From: Octopus vulgaris
Lineage: Eukaryota
Direction: 5' to 3'
Assembly: GCA_951406725.2 (NCBI GenBank)
Contig: OX597835.1
Coordinates: 50,034,001-50,098,000 of the forward strand
Length of the DNA stretch: 64,000 bases
The position numbers were made by a program, and so were the translations under genes. The notes beneath the pieces were generated by a model. The model searched no databases. It was given only the letters and a program-made list of their open reading frames with translations, and was not told where the DNA came from. Numbering within the stretch: the first letter of the stretch is position 1; each line of letters starts with the position of its first letter. Below, piece after piece: positions 40,545 to 53,021 of the stretch.

Positions 40545-42095
40545 GGGCAGGCAGCTGGTAAGTGTGGAGAGATAGGGATTGTTGTGATGATGGAGCTCTG
40601 ACAGGGCATGCTGGATGGAAGAGGAATGCCAGATGATTGAGCAAAGTGTAGTGGTATCGATCTTCAAGGGGAAGGGGGGGTGCGACGAGTTGCGGGGTGT
40701 ATAGAGGAGTGAAGTTATCGGAGCATGCAATGAAGATAGTGGAAAGGGTATTGGAGAGGAGAATGTGGATGAGGTACAATTTGGTTTTATGCCAAGAAGG
40801 GGGACAATAGAGTGTTCATTGTAAGGAGATTGCAAGAGGAATACTGAGAGAAGGAGGAGGAGTTGTACACGTGCTTCGTTGATGTGGAGAAGGCATTTGA
40901 TAGGGTTCCAAGGAAGGTGATTGTGTGGGCATTGAGGAAGAGAGTTGTACTAGAGGTAATAGTAAGGGCAGTGACGAGTTTGTATGAGGGGGTAGAGACA
41001 AGAGCGAGAATTGGATCAGAGCTGTCAGAGAAGTTTGTGGTGAAAGTTGGTGTGCACAAGGGATCTGTGTTGTCACCATTGTTGTTTGTAATAGTGGCTG
41101 ATGTGGTGACGGAGAGTGCAAGAGAGGGATTGGTGACGGAGACACTGTATGCAGATGACCTTGTTCTGATGAGTGAGATGATGTGGAAGGATCGAGGGAA
41201 AAGTTTTGGAAATTGAAAGAGGCGCTTGAAAGCAAGGGTTTGAAGGTAAACCTTGGGAAACCGAAAGTTATGATGAGTGGGTTGGAAGGAGAAGTGTTAG
41301 TGAGTAAGGTGGATCCATGTGGTGTATGTGGGAGGAGGGTAATGGCAAATGCAGTGTTTGTGTACGAGATGTGAGAAATGGATGCATGGTAGATGTACGG
41401 AAATGAAGAAGGTGACCCCAAGACTGGCAAGAAAGTTTGTTTGTGGAAGATGTGAGAAAGGAGCTGGAGGGCTCACAGAACCAGTGGAAATGGTGGGAGA
41501 TAGGGTGGATGTGAAGCAGGTGTGAAAGCAAGAACGAGACTTGGCCGGGTGAAGTTGAGGGAATGTGGAGTATTGTTATATGGGGAAAGGGGTCTCATTG
41601 AAGATGAAAGGAAAGAGTTATAGGAGTTGCATGAGAGCTGAAAGGGAGTGAGACATGGTGTCAAAGGGAGAGAGAGAATGGTAATTTTGAGATGGACGGA
41701 GAGAGCAATGGTGAGAGAAATGTGTGGGGTGAAGCTGTTTGATAAGAGGAGGACTGAGGACTTGATGGGAATGCTGGGGTTGGAGGAATCAGTGGAGCAG
41801 CTGGCAAGGGCGAATGGAGAGCGATGGTATGGACATGTGTTGAGGCGGGATGAGGGAGAATGTTCTGAAGAGGGTGCTTGAGGTTGAGGTAAATGGAGCG
41901 TGAAAGTGAGGTAGACTGAGGAAAACGTGGAGGGGAGAGGTGGAAGAGATTGGGAGGGTTGGCTTGAGAAGGGACCACGCCCAAAACCAGGCAAGATGGT
42001 GAGATGCAGTGAGGGTGGCTGCTACAGCATTGAGGCAGATCCAGCCACCCTTGTTAACAGGGACAAAATCCGTATTTAAAACACTAGATGATGAT
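40545..42095 (+). mobile_element. Second RTE LINE family, 5'-truncated
   Basis: FVDVEKAFDRVP, VGVHKGSVLSPLLF, LYADDLVL and RWYGHVLRR motifs; GATGAT tail. Confidence 0.9.
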
Positions 42096-42139
42096 ATATA
42101 TTGGAGCCTGGCACAACCTCCAATATTGCTTTATATATA

Positions 42140-42780
42140 TAATTCATTTCTTTAAAAAGGTTTCTCAATGTCAACTCCCGGTATTGATGTAGCAACAGCA
42201 AAATTTGCTTCTCTCTAAGGTAAGGCAACAAAAAAGAATTGCGGTTATTGTAGCATTGTCTGGCTTTGCTGCCACCATTCTCCCAGGAGGACAAACAGCT
42301 CTTTCTGCTTTTAAATTACCACTAAACTTGGTCACCAATGACTGTCCAATTTGTAAAATAAGCAAAGGTTCAGGTTCAGCAGAAGTGTTGTGCCGATGCC
42401 ACCTGATCATTTAGGGTGAATGCACCATGTCACATAGAGGTGCAATGGAAGCTCTTGGTAAGACCTTACAGGACATGAGAGGCAACAATAAATCTATGGG
42501 AGGAGTTATACGAGTTTTATGAGGAGACTTCAGACAGACATTACCAGTCATTCTGAGATGAACAAGGTCTGATGAAATAAAAGTATGCATTAAGTCTTCA
42601 CACCTGTGGAATAAAGTACAGAAATTCTCCTTCAGTACATGGAGACCAATGTACAGAACAGTTTTCAAATAAGAAATGGGAAAGTACCATTTGATGGGAA
42701 TGGTGATATCAGTTTGTTCCGTTGCACAGCTTTGCGGGATCCAGATTTCTCAAAAGCATGATTGGAACTCCTTTCAATTT
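42140..42780 (+). pseudogene. Helitron RepHel PIF1 helicase fragment
   Basis: IAVIVALSGFAATILPGGQTALSAFKLPL...LII*GECTMSH...ALGKTLQDMRGNNKSMGG..VL*GDFRQTLPVI: PIF1 motifs Ia, II and III with stops. Confidence 0.88.
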
Positions 42781-43112
42781 CCAGAAAGAGTTAGTTTTGC
42801 AATGTCAACTGACAAGTGTAAAAGACAAACACTGAAATTTCTTGGACTTTATTAGCACACAGGACAAAATGTTTTATGGCATTTTATCCATTTCTACATT
42901 CCACCAATGTTGACTTTGTCTTTCTTCCTTTCAGGGTCAATAAAATAAGTACCAGTTGAGCACTGGGGTTGATGCAACCAACTTAGTCTCTCTCCACAAA
43001 ATTGTAGGCCTTGAACCAAAATTTGGAACCATTATATTAGTTATTGACAAAGTACAAGGTCAATTTCCTAGCTAGGAGAAGATATATAAAGTTGATTCAC
43101 TGATATACTGAC

Positions 43113-43148
43113 CTGTAATGCTGAAGGTACCTGAAGCCAATATCTCAC
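43113..43148 (-). CDS. Putative 36-nt microexon C / AG|GT junction cluster
   Basis: tttcatcccacag|GTGAGATATTGGCTTCAGGTACCTTCAGCATTACAG|gtcagt. Open in phase 0 (VRYWLQVPSALQ) and phase 1 (EILASGTFSIT). Confidence 0.4.
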
Positions 43149-43630
43149 CTGTGGGATGAAAGTCTAATCTCACATTGTTAAAACAAAGAGCTAAAACACC
43201 ACACTAGCAGGGTTATCTAGTCCATGAGTCGATGAGATATCCTATATGGGGTCACTGGACTTGCTAGAGAAATAGCAGTCAAATCTCCTTCAAATCACTC
43301 AGAGTACTATCTTTGAATAGAATGACACATTGTATATGGAGTCCTGAATATATATGTATACATACATATGTGTGTGTGCACTATATATATATATATATAT
43401 ATATAGGTATATGAGTGCAAGCAGGAAAAGTAGAACTCAAAATATGAGTATATGTTATATTTCTATTAATATTTAGCAGAAGTAACAGAGTGACTCAAGA
43501 GTGACTCCAAGAGTTTCATGCATTGGCACTTGTTAACTGCTTGATTTGGACCAATGCCTGAAACTCTCGGACTATAAGCACTTCTGTTGCTTCTGCTAAA
43601 TATTAATAAATACACACACACACACATATA

Positions 43631-44520
43631 CAAGAGGTGTTTATTAAAGATCTGCTCAGACCCACTTCCCAAGGACTGGGATAAATGAAACTTGGCATAA
43701 TTATTAGTCCTTCTCTACATGGCCACCACCAATGGCAACACAGTTCTTCCATCACTTTATGCAGTTGTGAAGACCTCATCTGTAGAAGTCGGTAGGTTGT
43801 GTCTGGAGCCAAGACTTTACCTCAGAAATAAGTTCATCACCATCTGCAAAGTGCTTCCCCTTCAAAAAAGACTTCATGGTTGGAAAGAGGTCAAAGTCAG
43901 ATGGTGTGAGGTCAGGAGAATAAGGGGAATGAGGAAGGATTTTTTAGCTGTGTGTGCTTTCATCTGAGCAATATGCACATTGTGAACTGGGGTGTTGTCT
44001 TGGAGGAGGCAGACTGTTTTGGTCAGCAGGCCATGCCTCTCTGCTTTGATGGCTACCCACAATTTCTGCAGCAGAGAAGCATAGTATACCCAGGTGCCCT
44101 TTGCCAGAAAATCCCTCATCACTACTCTGTGCCAGTCACAAAAGACTGTGAGCATCACCTTGCCAGCTGAGGGTTGGACATAAGCCTTCTTTAGAGGTGG
44201 TATGTTATGCTTCCATTGCTTTGACTGGTCTCAGGACCATAGAGATGGATCTATGTTTCATTCTGTGTGATAAGTCCTCTTCATTTTCTTGGCACATTGC
44301 CAAAAGAGCCTGGGAGCAATTGACTTGTTCCTGCTCCTGAAAAGGCATCTGGGGAATCCATTATGTAGACAAGTGCTGCAGGTGCAAATTGTCATGCATG
44401 ATTTTTTTCCACAGACCCTACACTTATCTTGACTCATTCCTGCTTCTGAAAGGGTGTGTGCCAGTATGCATGACACATATTCAGTGAGTAATTGGTTCAC
44501 CATTAAACTCCTATATCCTA
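43631..44520 (-). mobile_element. Decayed mariner transposase
   Basis: MLTVFCDW..VV, LLQKL..AIKAERHGLLTK.VCLLQDNTPVH motifs; TA-flanked terminus near 43629. Confidence 0.8.
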
Positions 44521-46524
44521 TGCATTGTTACATCGGAGGGGGAGGCTAAAGTGCAGATTCCAAGACATGTCATAGAAATAAGAAATGCTCACCACCAATG
44601 TTTCTTCCTACTCCCATCCCACATATCTACAATATGCCCCTGTTAAATTCCTCCCCATCTCTAACACCCACTCTCCCTCTGAAATCTTGTGAATTCACCC
44701 ACCTACCCACCCTCTCCAATCCCTGGTCCACTTCACTATATTACATTACCCTTTTCTCCTCTCTCTCTCCTTCTGAGGTAGTCGTATCTCACTTTTAATA
44801 CTACAGACCTTTCTGTCCCTCAATACTACTCCCCTTTAAGTTGAAGGAGAGGTCTTGTCCTGCAAGTTGCTTGGTGACCTCACTGATGCTGGTGCCATAT
44901 AAAAAGCATCCAATACACTCTGTAAAATGTTTGGTGTTAGAAAGGGGCAATCAGCTATAAAAACCACCCCAAAACAAACAGCAGAATTTGGTGTAATCTT
45001 CTGGCTGTTCTGATCAGGTTGCAACAGAGTGGACTTTGCTAAACAGTACCAAGGTGATATTAGACTGGGTAACAGATTAGGGATTAATCCTTTAGCATTC
45101 AGATTACACTGTCAAATGTAATCCTTATTTATTCCCATTGTTTTAAAATAATCATGCATTATCTTGTAGCTTTAAGATTTCAATGATGTGATGTTTATTT
45201 TAAGAATGACTTTGGAGGCAAGGGGTGAGAATCTGGATCTGGTTAGTTTGAACATAAAACAGACAAAATATAGGGGCAGGGCATGACCACTGCAAATGTA
45301 AGGGCCACCTCATTTCTTTTTCTTATGATTTTAATAACTTCCTTTTCTTGGGTTATATTCTTGAATTTTCTACTCTACTGGATAAGAATGGATGACTTAT
45401 GAAGATGACAATGAGAGGCAACCTTCTGCCTTCATTTCCTTACTTGGTGAGTTTTCAGGGTTTTTATTTTTGTAAATTTTGCTTGTAATAAAAATAGGTA
45501 TGGCTGCATAGTTAAGAAGTTTCTTTGCAATTATTTGATTCCAAGTTCAATTCCAGCTGTTATCTTAAGTGTCATCTACCAAACTTTCAGGTCAACCCAA
45601 GCCTTGAGAATGAAACAGGGCAAACAGGCAGGCTAGAAGCCACCAGATCAATCATATTCCTTCTTGGATAGTAGACTTAATCTGCTGCCCAGTTAAATAT
45701 CACCAAATGGCCCTTAGCAGAGTTCACCCACTGCAAGGTTTCAAACCAGGTCACCTCTCTCTTTCCTGCCAGTTTTGAAAACTCTGTAAAAAAGAGTTAC
45801 AGGTGCTCCTCTTACTCTCCAATTAACTCATTAAATTGATTAGACATGAATACATGAAAATTTTTTTTATTTCTAAGAAATACTTTTGATGGTGATATTT
45901 CTGTTGTGAAGGCTTGTAGACAATTTCTTCATCCCAGTATAAATATTGATTTCAAATTTCGACACAAGGCCAGCAATTACGGGGAGGGGATAAGTTGATT
46001 ACACCCCACCCCAGCATGTAACTGGTACTTATTTTATCAAGCATGAAAGGCAAAGTCGACTTGTCAGAATTTGAGCTCAGAACATAAAGACAGACAAAAT
46101 ACTGCTAAGCATTTTGCCTGGCATGCTGACAATTCTGCCAGTTGGCCATCTTCATTCCAGTAACAATATTGTCACCAGACTCCTTGATTCTTGAAACCTT
46201 TCTCCTGATTCAAATGTGAGAAATATTTAAAATTTTCTCTTTATTTTTTTTTTTGTTCTCATCTTTATGTGAGACAAAATTTAAATTCTTTGTTGAAATC
46301 TTCAAAAACTATTGTTAGAAATAAATAGTTGACCATGTCTCTATATTTCTATAGTCAAAAGATGAGCTGCTCTGTGAATGAACATCTCTCTCTAGATTTA
46401 TACATGAATATTCATTGTCGGAACATTTTCAGTCTTTGCTTTCTCTCTATTTACGTGTAGATAATATGGGTGTATATTTTGTAGATCTAACCCAAGCAGT
46501 GTGATTTGTTTATTTGCATGATTA

Positions 46525-46580
<56 letters not shown>

Positions 46581-46581
<1 letters not shown>

Positions 46582-46806
46582 TTCTTTACTACCCACAAGG
46601 GGCTAAACACAGAGGGGACAAACAAGGACAGACAAACGGATTAAGTCGATTGTATCGACCCCAGTGCATAACTGGTTCTTAATTTATCGACCCCGAAAGG
46701 ATGAAAGGCAAAGTCGACCTTGGCGAAATTTGAACTCAGAATGTAACGGCAGACGAAATATCGCTAAACATTTCGCCCAGCGTGCTAACGTTTCTACCAG
46801 CTCGCC
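46581..46806 (-). mobile_element. tRNA-derived SINE with Meta-like domain (representative, near intact)
   Basis: Minus strand ggcgagctggtagaaacgttagc...gagttcaaattt...gtcgactttgcctttcatcctttcggggtcgataaa. Copies at about 3150, 3380, 10900, 11070, 13520, 20850, 25370, 26600, 30960-31520, 32470, 45950, 53610. Confidence 0.8.
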
Positions 46807-46817
46807 TTATATATATA

Positions 46818-47663
46818 TATCATCATCATCATCATCATTTAACGTCCGCTTTCCATGCTAGCATAGGTTGGACGGTTCAACTGGGGTCTGGGAGCCCGAA
46901 GGCTGCACCAGGCCAGTCAGATCTGGCAGTGTTTCTACAGCTGGATGCCCTTCCTAACGCCAACCACTCCGAGAGTGTAGTGGGTGATTTTATGTGCCAC
47001 CGACACAGGTGCCAGACGAGGCTGGTGAACGGCCACACTCGGATGGTGTTTTTATGTGCCACCGACACAGGTGCCAGACGAGGCTGGCAGACGGCCATGC
47101 TCGGATGGTGTTTTTATGTGCCACCGACACAGGTGCCAGATGAGGCTGGCGAACAGCCATGATCGGATGGTGTTTGTTACGTGCCCACAGCACGGAGGCC
47201 AGTCGATGCGGTACTGGCTACGGCCATGTTCGGATGGTTTTCTTGTGTGCCACCGGCACTGGTACCACAAAGATACAAATTCCATTGATGTTCATCTATT
47301 TTGATTTGTTTTGATTTTGATTTTGATTTTCACTTGCCTCAACAGGTCTTCACAAGTGTCACAAGAAGGAAGGTATGCACAGGTGGACTGACTACGTCCC
47401 AGGTAGGGGCCACGGGTTATGGCCTGACTAGTCTTGCCAGGTCTTCGGATGGTGTTTTTATGTGCCACCGACACAGGTGCCAGATGAGGCTGGCGAACGG
47501 CTACGATCGAATGGTGTTTGTTACGTGCCCACAGCACGGAGGCCAGTCGATGCGGTACTGGCTACGGCCACGTTCGGATGGTTTTCTTGTGTGCCACCGG
47601 CACTTGTACCACAAAGATACAAATTCCATTGATGTTCATCTATTTTGATTTGTTTTGATTTTG

Positions 47664-47665
<2 letters not shown>
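46818..47665 (-). mobile_element. RTE 3' UTR copy with about 58-bp tandem units and an internal direct duplication
   Basis: Repeated ggatggtgtttttatgtgccaccgacacaggtgccagacgaggctgg units; 47100-47320 is duplicated at 47445-47665. Confidence 0.8.
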
Positions 47666-47695
<30 letters not shown>

Positions 47696-48069
47696 GTGCA
47701 CACACACACACACACACACACACGTACATATATTGTTGACATAAAAATTTATAAACTTCAAGAGACCGTGAAATATTTCTTTCTGTTTTTGGTGAGGAGG
47801 AACAGTGGATCTCAAAGCAATTAAGGTTATAAATAATGGTACGTGGAGATAATGATATGAGATAAGGATGGAAGGTATCAGGCTTTAATAGTTTTCTACC
47901 TGATAAAAAGCTCACACATGGCTGTTGCTGAAATATATTCAGCTATACATCAATTATAAAGATATATGAATATAAGCTCAGCAACTCAAAGCTGTTGTGT
48001 GCTGCAGAAACAAATGTTGTGATCTACTACAAAAGCCCGATATCCTTCATCCTTGCATCATATTATATA

Positions 48070-48725
48070 CTAGCAGTATCACTCAGTGTTGCTTGGGTTT
48101 GTTTCGACCCTTTCGAATTGGAATTTTTGAAAAGTAAAAATTTTGCATTATGCAACTTGTTATTCCCTTCAAGTGAACATTTTTCCAATTGAAATACACC
48201 GTGATGATCAAAAATCCAGCCTGCTAAAATTTGGTTAAAGTGATTCAAATTGCAGACTCAACGCAAAATGGTTACATTTAATTCAAACCGTTAAAAATGT
48301 TATGAAAACAATTGGTGTATGTTCACAAAGTCCAAACGATTAATACGTAAAAACCCTCCAGGCTACATCCTGAAAATTAATTTCTTTGCCGAATTTCTAC
48401 AATGTTTACAGCGATTCGTTTTGATATCTTGATTTTTCATTTTTCATGCAATTTATGCATGCTTGCACGCATGGTGAACACAGTTCACGTCAAACAGCTG
48501 ACTGAGTAAAGTTCACTATTCAATGCATGGGATAAGGCCTAAACAAACACATTATCGATTTTTGCACTTGTGAGATGAATTTTGGAACAGAAATAGCACA
48601 GTTCAATTTTCATTCGCTTCAATGTTAAGTGAACCATTTTTGGTGGTTCTACGATTTGTTGGCTAGGAGGAGATGTACCGGGAAGTTAAACACACAGACA
48701 CACAAGTTGAGTTTTATATATATAT
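48070..48725 (-). mobile_element. Non-autonomous Helitron
   Basis: Same a|ctagcagtatc terminus as the 7215 copy, with a decayed hairpin and a different interior. Confidence 0.65.
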
Positions 48726-48869
48726 ATATATATATATACATACGTGTGTGTGTGTTCTTGTTTTCGCATTATGTGACAGTCGCAATTAGCACTGTTACTG
48801 TAAATCTTCCATGTCTAAAACATGTCTAAAATTCACTCCCACTTTGCTCTGAGAAACAATCGTTCCTAC

Positions 48870-48937
48870 CAAGTCCTCCTTTGTGGAAGTCCTTCAATCT
48901 GACCTGATTGTTTTCAGTGAAGAAAGCTGTCAAACTA
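48870..48937 (-). CDS. Putative cryptic exon B (exon ends at 48904 or 48870)
   Basis: ttttctatctcactgacag acceptor; phase 2 fits exon A. Reads SLTAFFTENNQ|gtcaga or continues VRLKDFHKGGL G|gtagga. Confidence 0.42.
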
Positions 48938-49576
48938 CTGTCAGTGAGATAGAAAATTTTAATGCATTTTATTACAATTTACTTTTAATATGAGTCAGTA
49001 TATTTTTATTGAACCCACTCCACTCTCTCAATAATTACATTAGACTGTGACATGACAGTCTTGCTAATAGTCATTTCAAAGACAATAAAACTAAAGATTA
49101 TAATTAAGGTAACAATAGCCATGAAAGCAATAGAAGCTACTTTAGCAACAGAAACTGTGAGAATAATTCTCAATTCTTTTCATACAAAATATTGTCTGTT
49201 TGTGAAGAGGTATTGTTCTGTGTGTGTTTGTGTGTACACATTAATTATAGACACTAAACACTTCTGTAATTAAAAGATATTTCATATAAAATGAAACAAA
49301 ATACTTTATTTCTAAGATAATCAAGATAGAACAGCTTCTAAAAGGGTTAAAATACGGACCCTGATTCTAGGATAGAAATTCCTTGTTTTAAAGTTGTCTA
49401 AAATAAAATCTTCCATCAAAATTTCATGTTATCTTTCATCTGTTTAAATCATTACACTGTGACCATGCTGGGGCACTGCCTTGAAAAATTTTGGTTGATC
49501 AAACTGACCCCACTGCTTAGTTTTATTTTAAGCCTGGCACTTATCCTATTGGTCTCTTTTTGCCAAACCACTAAGT

Positions 49577-51620
49577 TCATCATCATCATCGTTTAACGTC
49601 CATTTTCCATGCTAGCATTGGTTTGAACGATTTTGACTGAGGGCTGGCAACCAGATGGCTGCACCAGGCTCCAGTCTTGATGTGGCAGAGTTTCTACAGC
49701 TGGATGCCCTTCCTAATGCTAACCATTCTGAGAGTGTAGTGGGTGCTTTTTACGTGTCACCTGCACAGGGGCCAGTCAGGCAGTACTGGCAATGACCGCA
49801 CTCAAATCTTTTTACACGTGCCAGTGAAGCGACGTTGGTAATGATCACACTCGAATGGTGCCCTTTTACGTGCCACGGGTACGGAAGCCTGTTCGCTGCT
49901 CTGGCAACGATCACGCTAGGATGGTGTTCTGTCAACGATCACACACGTATGGTGCTCTTTGCACCCCGCTAGCTCGGATACCAGTCATCGAAATGATTTT
50001 GATTTCACTTGCCTCAACAGGTCTTCGCAAGCAAAGTTTAGTGACCAAAGAAGGAAAAGGTATGCATAAGCAGGCTGGTTATGCTCTCATCTGGCTTGCC
50101 GGGTCTTCTCGAGCACAGCATATTTCCAAAAGTCTTGGTCACTAGTCATTTCCTTGGTGAGGTCTAATGTTCGAAGGTCGTGCTTCACCACTTCATCCCA
50201 GGTCTTCCTCTTCCACAGGGTCCTTCAACCGCTAGGGTGTGGCACTATTTCACACAGCTATCCACATTCATTCTCACCACATGACCATACCAGTGCAGTC
50301 ATCTCTCTTGCACACCACATATAATGCTTCTTAGGTCCAACTTTTCTCTCAAGGTACTTACACTCTGTCGAGTATGAACACTGACATTACACATCCATCG
50401 GATCATACTGGCTTCATTCCTTGCGAGCTTATGCATATCCTCAGCAGTCACAGCCCATGTTTCACTGCCGTGTAGCATGGCTGTTCGTACACATGCATCA
50501 TACAGTCTACTTTTTACTCTGAGTGAGAGGCCCTTTGTCACCACCAAAGGTAAGACCTCTCTGAACTTTGCCCAGGCTATTCTTATTCTAGCAGCTACAC
50601 TTTCAGTGCACCCTCCTCCGCTACTGACTTGGTCACCTAGGTAACGGAAGCTATCAACTACTTCTAGTTTTTCTCCCTGGAATGTGGCGGAAGTTGGTCT
50701 CTGCGCATTTTCAGTGTTTATCGCTCCGGAGCATCTGCTACATACAAAAACTATCTTCCTAGTTAGCCTTCCTATTACTGCACCTCTTATGTGTCCATAG
50801 CTTACACTGGGTACACCTTATAGAGATTCTACCTACGCCTCTACTACAGACTGAGCAGGGCCATCTACCTGAAGGGATTTGTGGTTTGCCTGCCATCCTA
50901 CTTATTAGGACTTTGGTTTTAGCTAGGTTGATTCTAAGGCCCTTCGATTCTAATCCTTGTTTCCACACTTGAAACTTCTCCTCCAGTTCTGATAGCGACT
51001 AAGCGATTAGAGGAAGGTCGTCAGCATAGAGGAGCTCCCAGGGGCATCCTGTCTTGAATTCCTCCGTTATTGCCTGGAGGACTGTGATAAATAGGAGGGG
51101 CTGAGGACTGAACCCTGGTGGACCCCAACCTCTACCTTGAATTCTTCAGTGTACTCGTTGCTAACCCTTACCTTACTTACAGCGTCCCTGTACATGGCTT
51201 GCACAGCTCTCACTAACCATTCATCTATCCCTAGTTTCCTCATTGACTACCAGATAAGGGATCGGGGGGCCCTGTCAAAGGCTTTCTCCATGTCAACGAA
51301 AGCCAGGTACAGGGGGCTTATCTTTGGCTAGGTATTTCTCCTGCAGCTGTCTTACCAGAAATATGGCATCAGTGGTGCTTTTCCCTGGCACGAAACCAAA
51401 CTGCATCTCATCCAAGCTGCCTCTCTCCCTTATCAGTTGGGCTATGACCCTCTCCGTAACCTTCATTACCTGATCCAACAGCTTGATACCTCTGTAATTA
51501 TTTGTATCTAGGGTGTCACCGTTACCTTTGTAGCAGTTAACTATTATGCTGCTACACCAGTCATTGGCTATAGCCGATACTACCAGATATTTTGAGCATC
51601 TCTGCAGTAATTCCTGATGG
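49577..51620 (-). mobile_element. 5'-truncated RTE LINE (same family as 34212-36205, opposite strand)
   Basis: NNYRGIKLLDQVMKV, FGFVPGKSTTDAIF, HQGSVLSPLLF, YADDL motifs; 3' UTR and (GAT)n tail at 49577. Confidence 0.93.
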
Positions 51621-51715
51621 GAATAAGTTATGGGGATATAAACACACCAACACCAGTTGTCAAGCACTGGTGAGAAACAAACAGACAAAAGCACACACAC
51701 GTGTGTGTCTATACA

Positions 51716-52979
51716 CATGGGTTGGACAAAATAATGGAAACATCTAGCATCATAATTTTGAAATATCTATAAAACCATCAAAAGCTTGTTTATTTTTATG
51801 TTTTTTGATTTATTATTAGTGTTGCTTAATATGTTTTGCTAAAATTGCTGTTTCTTTTCGGATATCATCAGAAAAAGGTAATTAAAATTCATTAAAATGA
51901 CAGATCTATCAGACTTTCAAAGAGGTCTGATGTTGGTGCTCGTATGGCAGATGCTGGCATAATGAAAACTGCCGAAATGTTTGGTGTGTCAAGAAGTACT
52001 GCCTCAAAAGTAATGACAGCCTTTGAAAAAGAGGGAAAAACCTCCTCTTCAAAAAAAAACTCTGGAAGAAAGCCAAAACTTTCAGATAGGGACCATCGGA
52101 CTCTTATGCGAATTGTTAGAAAGGATCACAAAAGTACAGCTCACAAAATTACTGCAGAGCTTAATGACCACCCCAAGAACCCAGTTTCCACAAAAACTGC
52201 TCACCAGGAGTTGTACAAAGCCAGATTTCACAAGAGGGCTGCAATCAGAAAACCACTACTTTCAAGAAAAAAAATGTTGCAAAGCATTTAGAGTGGAATA
52301 AAAATCTACAGAATTGGTCCCTAGAGTAGAGGAAGAATGTTATTTTCTAGTATGAGTCATCTTTTACCTTACTTCCAACCACTGGCCGAGTATACCAGTG
52401 GAGACAGCCAAAAGAAGCACTTGACCCAGACTATCTTCTTCCAACTGTTAAACATGGAAGAGGATATGTGACGATCTTGGGGTGGGGCTGTATCTTGGAA
52501 ATCTGCTGGTGCAATGATTTTCCTTCATGCAGAATTAAAAGTCAAAACTAAGCATTTTATCTGAGCAAATTCATCTTATGGTTGTGGAACTGTTTCCAGA
52601 GGGAAATGCAATCTTTCAGGATGATAATCCACCAATTCACACAGCTAAAGTTGTTACTGAATGGCACGAGGAACATTCTAGTGAAGTTGAACATCTTATC
52701 TGGCCACTGCAGTCCCCAGATCTCAATATTATTGAACCTTTATGGTGCATTTTAGAAAAACAGTTAAGAGTCGATATCCTCCACCTTCATCACTACAAGA
52801 ACTGGAGACTGTTTTAGCTAAAGAATGGACAAAAATTTCTTTGGAAGCAATTCAAACTTTGTACAAGTCTATACCTCATAGAATTCAAGCTGTAATTACT
52901 GCCAAAGGTGGTCCTACCCCATATTAAAATAAATTTGTTTGAAATTTTAAGGTGTTTCCATTATTTTGTCCAATCCCTG
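51716..52979 (+). mobile_element. Tc1-family DNA transposon, DD36E (Incomer-like), full length but disrupted
   Basis: About 30-bp TIRs catgggttggacaaaataatggaaacatct / aggtgtttccattattttgtccaatccctg. Transposase from ATG 51897 to about 52927; FQDDN...SPDLNIIE has 36 residues between D and E. Confidence 0.9.
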
Positions 52980-52989
52980 TGTGTGTATG

Positions 52990-53021
<32 letters not shown>

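Noticed and set aside
45375-45450. Plus-strand ATG...G|gtgagt possible antisense exon
   Set aside because: No partner exons or homology found.
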